Below are positions 14,287 to 26,766 of a stretch of DNA of 64,000 nucleotides, one piece after another (positions within the stretch are counted from its first letter, which is position 1; each line of letters starts with the position of its first letter). This stretch comes from Paraspadella gotoi (lineage: Eukaryota; Animalia; Chaetognatha). The position numbers and the translations under genes were made by a program. The stretch spans positions 9,806,339 through 9,870,338 of the forward strand of contig CM119265.1 of NCBI GenBank assembly GCA_051294375.1, read 5' to 3'. The notes under the pieces were generated by a model. That model did not search any database. It saw only the letters and a list, made by a program, of their open reading frames with translations, and had not been told where the DNA came from.

Positions 14287-16146
14287 ACCTTCGTCGCTCT
14301 GTTGGCTATTTCTTATCTCCTCTTCCGTATCATTCCTTCTCCTTATCTCCCGGAACTATCATCGCCCTATTGTCCGACTGCAAAGGTCCGTATCCCGCAT
14401 CGGGACTGCTGCAGGCCGGCGAACACTGTACTCTCCTGTGCAACTACATATACACTCTTTACCCCTCGTCACCCACCGACGTCGCTCTTCTTCTCTGCCT
14501 AAACCCGCGGCTAATCGATCATGGGTCGCTCACGTTGCGGTTGCATCGTGGTAGTTCTTTTTAGTTAAAAGAGATGAGAATTAATATAAAAATTATGTAT
14601 GTCCTGAGGGACGTCATTTTTACACTGATGTTGAAAAAAAATATAGAAAACTAAAGAAGATATGCTGAAAACAATTAGAGAGAATATGATATAAAGATGT
14701 CTGCAAAATGACGATACTTGTATTACTGCTAACATCCCTAAAATGAGAATGTCGTTATTAAAAAAGTTTGGTTTTCTTTGATCTCTGTGATGAGTGTTCC
14801 AAACAAATATAATAAACTAAAACTCTTATACCACCGACAAATTTAGTTAGTTTAACAATGTAGATATCTATTCAACGGTGGTTTAACTCATATAATAAAT
14901 TTGATGATAAATTAAAGATTGAGAGGAATGAAGCGAATAATACATGTAAAAGAAAAAACACTAGATGAGTTTTGAGAGGGAGACGGACCAAGAGCAACCG
15001 AGAGTTAGTATAGAGAGGAGATAGAGATAGAGAGACGAGGAGACCGAAAGATGAGAGGACTGAGAGAGAATAAGAGAGAGAGCACATATCTAAAACCGCC
15101 CCAGCTCATCCGCTAGATGAGAGAGAGGAGAGGGAAGCGCAACAGCAGCGATCAACAGGCGGAAGGAAGCATGAGCAAAACGGACCACAAAAATGAGTAG
15201 AAATGGGAGAGCGCCGTCTGAGAGAAAGAGTCCGGACGGATGAGCGAGAGAGAGAGACGAGACGGATACGTATCCTCGTAACGCACAGACGAGACGAGAG
15301 TAGATCTGCCGATGTTATGCGACGAGAAAGCCGCAGCCAATTAAAGAGAGAAAGAGGATCTCGAAGACGAGAAAGTGAGCGAGACAAAGACCGCTGAGAA
15401 AGAACGCAACGACGGGTGAGTCGAGAGCAAATACGGTTTATACTCCGGGGGCGGATTTGCTGCGAGGGAAGCCGAATGGTCGCTCAGGGCGCGAGCCGAG
15501 ACATTTTTCAACCATTGGCCGGGACCCGCTTCGGGCGTTTCCGGCACATCTTTTGCCGCCGGAGAGAGACTCGAAGAGGTTCGCGATCGCGGAGAAAATA
15601 TCTCTAGGTTCGCGGAACATATACTATCATCTTGGCTTTAAATTATTAACAGATAACCTCTTTCCCCTTAAATTCTTAGCAAATTAGATCATAAGTTTAT
15701 CTGTTATTCATCTTAGATTAAGATTGATTCCTTTGTCTCTCAATAAAAATTGATCCCTCACTTGTGTGGCAGAATTAACACTAAATTAATCTCAAAAAAT
15801 TGTTTAATCTCTCTTCTCCTTTGCCAAGTTCATTCCTTAAAGCGAACCTCCTGCATCCCGCGTACTTCTCTCCGTACCGGTATCGCCGCGACTCCCGATC
15901 ATTGAAGCCCCGGATGCCGAGGCGAGAGGGAGAGAAGAGAAGGAGAAGAGCGAAGAGAAGAGAATGGACCCCGTCGGGGGTCAGGTTCGGGTCAGGTCCG
16001 CGACTGAGCCGCGGACGGAGGAGAACAATAGCCGGCACCGGAAAACAATAGAGTGACCGAAATTGGGTTCGGCAAGTTCAAAGTATATGCCTCAGAGAGA
16101 GAGAGAGAGATAAAGAGAGGAAGCGAGAGAAAGAGAGGAGTCCAGT

Positions 16147-16189
<43 letters not shown>

Positions 16190-16376
16190 CCCTGATCAGC
16201 ATCAAGTTTGGATGCGATCTTCGGCGACGGAATGATGATGAGATTTTGATGACGCGAAGCATAAAGTCCATCATTTTCTTTCTTTCTTTTTTTTTCTTTC
16301 TTTCTTTTTTTTTCTACTAAATTTTTTAGGGGAAAAACTCGAATTTCGTCAATCACGTTTCTTGTTTACTTCTTTT

Positions 16377-16408
<32 letters not shown>

Positions 16409-18293
16409 NNNNNNNNNNNNNNNNNNNNNNNNNACCTTCGTCGCTCTGTTGGCTATTTCTTATCTCCTCTTCCGTATCATTCCTTCTCCTTATCTCCCGG
16501 AACTATCATCGCCCTATTGTCCGACTGCAAAGGTCCGTATCCCGCATCGGGACTGCTGCAGGCCGGCGAACACTGTACTCTCCTGTGCAACTACATATAC
16601 ACTCTTTACCCCTCGTCACCCACCGACGTCGCTCTTCTTCTCTGCCTAAACCCGCGGCTAATCGATCATGGGTCGCTCACGTTGCGGTTGCATCGTGGTA
16701 GTTCTTTTTAGTTAAAAGAGATGAGAATTAATATAAAAATTATGTATGTCCTGAGGGACGTCATTTTTACACTGATGTTGAAAAAAAATATAGAAAACTA
16801 AAGAAGATATGCTGAAAACAATTAGAGAGAATATGATATAAAGATGTCTGCAAAATGACGATACTTGTATTACTGCTAACATCCCTAAAATGAGAATGTC
16901 GTTATTAAAAAAGTTTGGTTTTCTTTGATCTCTGTGATGAGTGTTCCAAACAAATATAATAAACTAAAACTCTTATACCACCGACAAATTTAGTTAGTTT
17001 AACAATGTAGATATCTATTCAACGGTGGTTTAACTCATATAATAAATTTGATGATAAATTAAAGATTGAGAGGAATGAAGCGAATAATACATGTAAAAGA
17101 AAAAACACTAGATGAGTTTTGAGAGGGAGACGGACCAAGAGCAACCGAGAGTTAGTATAGAGAGGAGATAGAGATAGAGAGACGAGGAGACCGAAAGATG
17201 AGAGGACTGAGAGAGAATAAGAGAGAGAGCACATATCTAAAACCGCCCCAGCTCATCCGCTAGATGAGAGAGAGGAGAGGGAAGCGCAACAGCAGCGATC
17301 AACAGGCGGAAGGAAGCATGAGCAAAACGGACCACAAAAATGAGTAGAAATGGGAGAGCGCCGTCTGAGAGAAAGAGTCCGGACGGATGAGCGAGAGAGA
17401 GAGACGAGACGGATACGTATCCTCGTAACGCACAGACGAGACGAGAGTAGATCTGCCGATGTTATGCGACGAGAAAGCCGCAGCCAATTAAAGAGAGAAA
17501 GAGGATCTCGAAGACGAGAAAGTGAGCGAGACAAAGACCGCTGAGAAAGAACGCAACGACGGGTGAGTCGAGAGCAAATACGGTTTATACTCCGGGGGCG
17601 GATTTGCTGCGAGGGAAGCCGAATGGTCGCTCAGGGCGCGAGCCGAGACATTTTTCAACCATTGGCCGGGACCCGCTTCGGGCGTTTCCGGCACATCTTT
17701 TGCCGCCGGAGAGAGACTCGAAGAGGTTCGCGATCGCGGAGAAAATATCTCTAGGTTCGCGGAACATATACTATCATCTTGGCTTTAAATTATTAACAGA
17801 TAACCTCTTTCCCCTTAAATTCTTAGCAAATTAGATCATAAGTTTATCTGTTATTCATCTTAGATTAAGATTGATTCCTTTGTCTCTCAATAAAAATTGA
17901 TCCCTCACTTGTGTGGCAGAATTAACACTAAATTAATCTCAAAAAATTGTTTAATCTCTCTTCTCCTTTGCCAAGTTCATTCCTTAAAGCGAACCTCCTG
18001 CATCCCGCGTACTTCTCTCCGTACCGGTATCGCCGCGACTCCCGATCATTGAAGCCCCGGATGCCGAGGCGAGAGGGAGAGAAGAGAAGGAGAAGAGCGA
18101 AGAGAAGAGAATGGACCCCGTCGGGGGTCAGGTTCGGGTCAGGTCCGCGACTGAGCCGCGGACGGAGGAGAACAATAGCCGGCACCGGAAAACAATAGAG
18201 TGACCGAAATTGGGTTCGGCAAGTTCAAAGTATATGCCTCAGAGAGAGAGAGAGAGATAAAGAGAGGAAGCGAGAGAAAGAGAGGAGTCCAGT

Positions 18294-18325
<32 letters not shown>

Positions 18326-18661
18326 CGAGAGAGAGAGAGGAGAGAGGAGATGGAGAGAAGAGAGGAGAGACGGGAGAGAGAGAGAATTCCCCTGATCAGG
18401 CCATCAAGTTTGGATGCGATCTTTCCGGCGGCGACGCGGCGAATGATGATGAGAGGGAGATTTGTGATGACGCCGAAGCATAAAAGTCCATCATTTTCTT
18501 TCTTTCTATTTTTTTCTTTCTTTCTTTTCTTTCTACTCAATTTTTTAGGGAGATGAAAACTCGAAATTTCGTTTCCAATGCCACCAGTTTCTTGTTTACT
18601 TCTTTCTTTCTTTTTTCTTTCTTTCTTTCTTTCTTCTCTTTCTTTCTTTCTTTCTTTCTTC

Positions 18662-18708
<47 letters not shown>

Positions 18709-18862
18709 TTACTAAAGAAGAACTAGAAAGAGTTTTATTTTTTCTGTGAAGGAAGAGTCTGCGTTTAATGTGAGGGGAAGACGTTAAAAAAGATGTAAGG
18801 AAAGAAATATAGATATAGAAAGAGAGAAAATAAAAGAAAAGAAAAGAAAAGAAGTGAGAAAA

Positions 18863-18894
<32 letters not shown>

Positions 18895-20915
18895 GGAAAA
18901 AAATTAATGAAAAAAGAAAAACGATGAGAATAAGAAAGAAAAAATATAAAAAAAGGAAGAAAAAGTAGAATAAAAAAATAAGAAAGAAATAAAAGGGATT
19001 GTGTTTTGAGATTCTGACGTGAGACAAACANNNNNNNNNNNNNNNNNNNNNNNNNACCTTCGTCGCTCTGTTGGCTATTTCTTATCTCCTCTTCCGTATC
19101 ATTCCTTCTCCTTATCTCCCGGAACTATCATCGCCCTATTGTCCGACTGCAAAGGTCCGTATCCCGCATCGGGACTGCTGCAGGCCGGCGAACACTGTAC
19201 TCTCCTGTGCAACTACATATACACTCTTTACCCCTCGTCACCCACCGACGTCGCTCTTCTTCTCTGCCTAAACCCGCGGCTAATCGATCATGGGTCGCTC
19301 ACGTTGCGGTTGCATCGTGGTAGTTCTTTTTAGTTAAAAGAGATGAGAATTAATATAAAAATTATGTATGTCCTGAGGGACGTCATTTTTACACTGATGT
19401 TGAAAAAAAATATAGAAAACTAAAGAAGATATGCTGAAAACAATTAGAGAGAATATGATATAAAGATGTCTGCAAAATGACGATACTTGTATTACTGCTA
19501 ACATCCCTAAAATGAGAATGTCGTTATTAAAAAAGTTTGGTTTTCTTTGATCTCTGTGATGAGTGTTCCAAACAAATATAATAAACTAAAACTCTTATAC
19601 CACCGACAAATTTAGTTAGTTTAACAATGTAGATATCTATTCAACGGTGGTTTAACTCATATAATAAATTTGATGATAAATTAAAGATTGAGAGGAATGA
19701 AGCGAATAATACATGTAAAAGAAAAAACACTAGATGAGTTTTGAGAGGGAGACGGACCAAGAGCAACCGAGAGTTAGTATAGAGAGGAGATAGAGATAGA
19801 GAGACGAGGAGACCGAAAGATGAGAGGACTGAGAGAGAATAAGAGAGAGAGCACATATCTAAAACCGCCCCAGCTCATCCGCTAGATGAGAGAGAGGAGA
19901 GGGAAGCGCAACAGCAGCGATCAACAGGCGGAAGGAAGCATGAGCAAAACGGACCACAAAAATGAGTAGAAATGGGAGAGCGCCGTCTGAGAGAAAGAGT
20001 CCGGACGGATGAGCGAGAGAGAGAGACGAGACGGATACGTATCCTCGTAACGCACAGACGAGACGAGAGTAGATCTGCCGATGTTATGCGACGAGAAAGC
20101 CGCAGCCAATTAAAGAGAGAAAGAGGATCTCGAAGACGAGAAAGTGAGCGAGACAAAGACCGCTGAGAAAGAACGCAACGACGGGTGAGTCGAGAGCAAA
20201 TACGGTTTATACTCCGGGGGCGGATTTGCTGCGAGGGAAGCCGAATGGTCGCTCAGGGCGCGAGCCGAGACATTTTTCAACCATTGGCCGGGACCCGCTT
20301 CGGGCGTTTCCGGCACATCTTTTGCCGCCGGAGAGAGACTCGAAGAGGTTCGCGATCGCGGAGAAAATATCTCTAGGTTCGCGGAACATATACTATCATC
20401 TTGGCTTTAAATTATTAACAGATAACCTCTTTCCCCTTAAATTCTTAGCAAATTAGATCATAAGTTTATCTGTTATTCATCTTAGATTAAGATTGATTCC
20501 TTTGTCTCTCAATAAAAATTGATCCCTCACTTGTGTGGCAGAATTAACACTAAATTAATCTCAAAAAATTGTTTAATCTCTCTTCTCCTTTGCCAAGTTC
20601 ATTCCTTAAAGCGAACCTCCTGCATCCCGCGTACTTCTCTCCGTACCGGTATCGCCGCGACTCCCGATCATTGAAGCCCCGGATGCCGAGGCGAGAGGGA
20701 GAGAAGAGAAGGAGAAGAGCGAAGAGAAGAGAATGGACCCCGTCGGGGGTCAGGTTCGGGTCAGGTCCGCGACTGAGCCGCGGACGGAGGAGAACAATAG
20801 CCGGCACCGGAAAACAATAGAGTGACCGAAATTGGGTTCGGCAAGTTCAAAGTATATGCCTCAGAGAGAGAGAGAGAGATAAAGAGAGGAAGCGAGAGAA
20901 AGAGAGGAGTCCAGT

Positions 20916-20947
<32 letters not shown>

Positions 20948-21676
20948 CGAGAGAGAGAGAGGAGAGAGGAGATGGAGAGAAGAGAGGAGAGACGGGAGAG
21001 AGAGAGAATTCCCCTGATCAGGCCATCAAGTTTGGATGCGATCTTTCCGGCGGCGACGCGGCGAATGATGATGAGAGGGAGATTTGTGATGACGCCGAAG
21101 CATAAAAGTCCATCATTTTCTTTCTTTCTATTTTTTTCTTTCTTTCTTTTCTTTCTACTCAATTTTTTAGGGAGATGAAAACTCGAAATTTCGTTTCCAA
21201 TGCCACCAGTTTCTTGTTTACTTCTTTCTTTCTTTTTTCTTTCTTTCTTTCTTTCTTCTCTTTCTTTCTTTCTTTCTTTCTTCCTTTCTTTCTTTCTTTC
21301 TTTCTTTTTTTCTTTCTTTCTTTCTTTCTTTCTTTCTTTTCTTACTTCTTCACTCGAAAGAAAGAAGCTAGAAAGAGTCATTTTATTTTTTCTGTGAAGA
21401 AGAGTCTGCGGTTTAATGTGGGGGAAGACGTTAAAAAAAGATTAAGGAAAGAAATATAGATGTATAGAAAAGAGAGAAAATAAAAGAAAAGAAAAAGAAG
21501 TTGAGAAAAAAGAAAGAAAGAAAGAAAGAAAGAAAGAGGAAAAAATTAATTGAAAAAAGTAAAACCTCCCCAATTGAGAATAAGAAAGAAAAAAATAATA
21601 AAAAAAAGGTAAGAAAAGTAAAATAAAAAAATAGAAAAGAAATAAAAGGATTTGTTTTGAGATTCTGACGTGAGAC
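14287..21676. repeat. Three near-identical copies of a ~2.1-2.6 kb block, each starting after a 25-N gap (probable assembly artefact)
   Basis: Copies start at 14287, 16434 and 19056 with the same ACCTTCGTCGCTCTG. ORF translations are identical at offsets 2147 and 2622. Each copy begins right after a 25-N gap. Confidence 0.9.
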
Positions 21677-21998
21677 AAAAACACAAAATATCTCGAGAGG
21701 TCATTCGCCCACGTGTTCGCTTCTTTCGCGCTCCCACCGCCACCGCTCCACCACAACCGCCGCCGCCGCCACTGCCTCCGCCATTACCGCCACCGCTCCC
21801 ACCGCCCCCGCCGCATTACGACCTGCGTGGAAGTCAGCGTCTTTCGTCGTCAGTCACCGTCTCTTCTTTGGTGTCGTCAACTTGATCGCCCTCTAGAGAG
21901 AATCAGCCTCATCAATGTCTTTCTGCTTTCGACTCCGTTTTTGATTTCGCTCGTCGCTTCAGTTTACGCTTGTACATTTTACTATACATAGGTATAAT

Positions 21999-22002
<4 letters not shown>

Positions 22003-22044
<42 letters not shown>

Positions 22045-22325
22045 ATTGATACACGGAGTCTCTTGGCTACAACCCGAAATTCGAAGACATCCATCTTCTT
22101 CTGACCCGGTCATTGCAAGAAACCCACAACAGTGGGATTGCATGTGATACTCGGGGCTCGACCTATTTCACCAACTTTGTTAGGGAATGCGTATCCTCAG
22201 TGCCCGTCGCCTGTTACTGACATGACATGACATGACACCAGTCACCAGAAGGGATTGAACCCGGGACTACCGGTTGAGACGAGATGATTCAGCCGGTTCA
22301 TCAAATGAGACAGCGGCGAGCTGGC
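22003..22325 (-). mobile_element. tRNA-derived SINE-like element with (TTA)n tail
   Basis: On the minus strand: degenerate A box TGTCTCATTTGA (22312-22301), B box GGTTCAATCC (22261-22252), a ~200 bp body, then a (TTA)n tail at 22043-22003. Confidence 0.65.
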
Positions 22326-22633
22326 TTCAAGTCGTTACGCCAGGAAAGAATGTTTTCTTTATCATCTCGTCATCGATTTTCCTAATTTTCTTTATTTTCT
22401 TTTAATCCCTGACTTTTGTTTTCCTAGTTTCCATCATCGCCAAACAGTTCCACCTCCGCAACGAACACTAAATAAATCGCTCTCCCCTTTTTCCTTTTAT
22501 TCTTTGTTTATTACTTCCTCATTCCTACTTTCCTTTTTTCTATCCTTCTCATATTATCTCCGTCCTTTTCTCCCTTCTCACAAGACGAACAACAACAACA
22601 ACGAAAATAAATAACAACAACGACAATAACGAG

Positions 22634-22675
<42 letters not shown>

Positions 22676-22745
22676 GCCACTCGCTGACAGAATCAATTCT
22701 CTCTCCGTTTTTATCGGATTAACGACCGAGTTAATAAATCGAGAA

Positions 22746-22782
<37 letters not shown>

Positions 22783-25121
22783 AAAGTTAACAGTCGGCAG
22801 CTCATCCATCAAAATTATCGAGAAGCCACCGCAACAACAACAACGACAACAACAACATTACAATTTCAACGACCCCAGTTGCAAGCAACGACAACGAAAC
22901 CACAATATAACCACAATGACGATACAAGCGACGAAAATGACCTCAGTGATACTTAGGACGAGAATGACGATAACAAAGATGGCGTCGTTCGATGGAAGTG
23001 GACTCGATCGGCGATGGAGGACGAGTTGACGACAGATGACGCTCGGGGCGTTGGTGGCGTGTTTAAGAGAGACGGGTGATGGGAGATAGAGGCGTTGTGC
23101 AGCGATGTGGTGAGAAGGGAGAGAGGAGAGAGAGATCCGAGAGAAGAGAGAAGAGAGAGAGGGAGAGAGAGAGAGAGACGATGAGGAGAAAAGCGAGAGG
23201 AGAGAAGAAACGAGGAGAGAGAAGAAAAGTAACATAGTTGCAAGAAATTTAAGGAGTGGAAAACATAAATGTGCTGACCGGTATCTTTGGTTGAGGGAGT
23301 ATTCCGCCGCCGTCAACGCGGACTGAGACTGACGCTTTGGGGGTGACGCGCGATTAAAATAAAAAATAAACTGAGCTCTATGTAAGAATGGGGGGAGAGT
23401 AGAGAGAGAGAGATAGATAGATAGAGGAGAGAGAGAGAGAGAGAGGAGACGAGAGAGCAGAGAGACGAAAGAGAGAGAGAGAAAGAGAGAGAATGTCACG
23501 GACAAGTCCTCTCGCCCGGGGCGAGACGAAATTGGAGTTTCCCGGAGATTTCAATTTAATGATTATGACCTCCGCCCGGACTGGAGGAAGGAGAGAGGAG
23601 GAGGGAGAGAGGGAGAGGAGCAAAGATCAAGACGATCGAGAGAGAGAGAGAGAGAGAGAGACGAACACGAAACAAAAATCTCAAATCACATGAATTTCAT
23701 GAAAACCAAATCTTTTTGTAACATTAAACCTGGAACGCTTAAATCTCAAGTTGAATTCGGATAAAAAAAGGGGAAAAAAATGTTTTAAATTTTTATCCCC
23801 AAATTTTGAATTCTTGACATCATTTTTATTTTCTCAAGGTCAGACGAAAAAGGAGAGAAAAGAAAGAGAGAATATTGAAAAAAAAGAAAGAAAGAAAGAA
23901 AGAAAGAAAGAAAAAAGAAATAAAGAAAGAAAGAAAGAAAGAAAAAGAGAAAGAAAGTATTAAAGGAAGATACGTTAAAATTTATTATGGTTTAATGTTT
24001 AATGTTTATAATTCACTATTCACTGTTTCATTTTTTCTTTTAACTCTTTTTGCCTCGGACGACAGGTAAGTGATTTCATTTTCGTTACATGTTTGTTTTT
24101 ATTTAGTAAATTATCAATATTGCATGTACATCTATCATTTTACTCTCTTGACAACGACATCCATCATCCGACGACGAAGCAAACAGATTGTCGGTCCTCA
24201 TTTTATTCCATTTAACGGAAAATCATTTTCCGATGAGCGAAGGATTTTCCCGGACTCAGTTTGTCAACGTCAATGAACGACGCCTCATTTCGAGACCGCT
24301 GATTGGATGAGCGATCAGGCTTGATTGACCAATCACTTTTGATCGATGGCGCGGGCGATAGAGGTTAAATCTAAATCTTAATAGCAGACGATCGTCGAGG
24401 ATCAGTATTGATAAGAATGAATAAGGACTTTCCTTCGGTTAAAATTTAAATTGTGAATTCGCGGAAATTACATTTTCGATCGATATATTTCGTTTGTTTA
24501 TTTTTGATTGTGCTTTTGTTTGTTTATTCGTCGTATATTGAGAGCAGCAATAATATGTATGTAATAGTAATATGCTGTTACTCTTAGATAATGACATTGC
24601 AGGTCATATTATTTTCAAAATAACATTACAACTTCAGAGAGGCCGACGGTGGAATTTGCTTCTCGTTCTCATTCGATGTTCATCTGTTATTCTTTATTGT
24701 TTTGATAAACATTTCTTCCGGAACGAAGAAGACTTCAACGTCGATCGCCATCTGTGGAGCAACAAGCGAATAAAACCAAAACGACATGGAGGAGGAGGAG
24801 GAAGAAGAGGAGGAGGAAGGATGAGGGATTTCCAAGAGGATGTGACTCTGCATAAAATAAAGAAGCGTTAATTGAGAAACGCTCTCTCGGGAGGAAGAGC
24901 GAGAGAGAGAGAAGGAGAGACGTAGAGAGAGAGAGAGGACTTGTTCTTTGGTTGATCTTCCTGTTTTTGCCATTTTTCCGCCGCCCTATGCATTAATGGT
25001 CACATCGGGTCTAATTTTCTCCTCGCGTTATATCCATTTAAATTTATTTTTAGCTTAGTTTATTTATCAAAATATTTGTAACCATATTTCTCGGCACGCA
25101 TTGAGGACTAACCGCGTCAAT

Positions 25122-25185
25122 GGTTCAAAGGTCACCGGTCAGGAATTAGGGGTCACGTGCCAGAAGGTCAAAGGGTCAAGGGTCT
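25122..25185 (+). promoter_or_regulatory. Cluster of nuclear-receptor half-sites (DR1/DR2) with an E-box
   Basis: GGTTCA-a-AGGTCA-c-CGGTCA (25122-25141), GGGTCA overlapping CACGTG (25150-25159), AGGTCA-aa-GGGTCA-a-GGGTCT (25165-25185). Confidence 0.4.
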
Positions 25186-25508
25186 CACGATTCACTGATC
25201 TCGGGTCCGCCATATTTTCCTTCGCGAAATTGTGTTTTCAATGGTTTCCATGAAATATTGGTGATTTTGCTGAGCGCGTTATGACGTCGGTCGCGATCCG
25301 GGTGGAGAGAGAGAGAGGGGGGAGAGGGAGAGAGAGAGAGGGACAGGGAGAGTGAGAGAGAGAGAGAGAGGGAGAGAGAGAGAGAGAAACCCCAATGTTC
25401 TAACTCTGCTTAACTTTTTTCCCTTTTCAACTAATCTACTTTTGAGTGGAAAATTGCCGCAGTCAAACATTGTCAAAACAACACGCCATTATCCACGTAT
25501 GAGTTGTC

Positions 25509-25586
<78 letters not shown>

Positions 25587-26733
25587 AAATGGAGCGAGGA
25601 GGAAACTTAGAATGGCGACGATGACACAATTCTAAAGAAAAAAAAATGTTTAAATAGTATATATAAATAAATATATAAGTCAATTACTAAATAGTTGATT
25701 AGATAAATCTATAAAATAAATAATTTTGTAATATTAAAGAATTTTTAAGTTTACTTCATAAATCTCTCTTGGCCTATCAAATATTAAACTCACTTTTAAA
25801 TTTTTAACACTGATCCTCCTTAACATTTTTTTTCACCATCTTCCACATCCCAACTTCACTTTTCTTAACCTTACCCTCTTTGTTTCCGCGCCCGGGTTCT
25901 CAAAAAAAAAATGATCGGGCGGCGGGATTCGATCCCTCGACCTTCGTCTCCGTCGGCGCGAGAAAGAATCTGCCTCCGATTCCGCGCGGACGAGGAGTAA
26001 ATCGAGTTCGAAGGCGAGGGTAAGGCGAGGGTAAGGTCGAGAGGGAAGTTTGGGGGAGAGAGTGAGTTGAAAAAGAGGGGGGAGGGGAAAAGGTGAGGTC
26101 AGGTCGAATGAGGGTGGAGAAGGTGAGGTTCAGATCACGAAAAAAGAGACAGAGAGGGGGAGAGAGAGAGAGAGCTGGCTAGAGTCTGATCAAGTCAAGG
26201 TAAGTGGAATAGAGAGAGAAAGAGAAAGTTAGCGATTGCGACAGCGAAACATTTTCAACAACGCCTGCGATTCACTAACCAATGGTGTGAACATTTTAGT
26301 GATAAATTCTGTGAGGAAAACGTGACTTTAAGAAGAAAATAAGTTAGTAACGACAGAAAAGTCAGTACAGAGACTCTCGTCTATCTGTGTACTTGTTTTT
26401 CTGCCTGTCTCTCTTTGTCGAGATCCGTATGTCTGCTTGACTATCCGTCTCTCTGTCTGTCCGTTAATGTCTTTCCGTTCGTATTTCCTTCGCCGTCCCT
26501 TTCCTCATCCCAACCTCTCTTCACCTGGGAAAGACGAAAACGAAAACGACTCCGTGACCTTACCTTTTTCTTTCGCGTCCCGAAACAGACGACGACGACG
26601 ACGACGACGACGGCTTCTGGGTGAGTGACGCTCTTAATCGGCGTCACCGTTAGGGGAATGAGAGAGAAAGAGAAAATAGGGTCTGTTAGTACCTATTTAC
26701 GGTGGAAGAGGAGGAGAAGGAAGAGAAAAAAGG

Positions 26734-26766
<33 letters not shown>

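Noticed and set aside
14287-14560. Hydrophobic, Cys-containing ORFs repeated three times, suggesting a tandem gene family
   Set aside because: The copies are identical and gap-bounded (artefact), and no frame gives a recognisable domain.
25915-25950. B-box-like GGATCGAATCCC on the minus strand suggesting a tRNA
   Set aside because: No cloverleaf or matching A box could be built.
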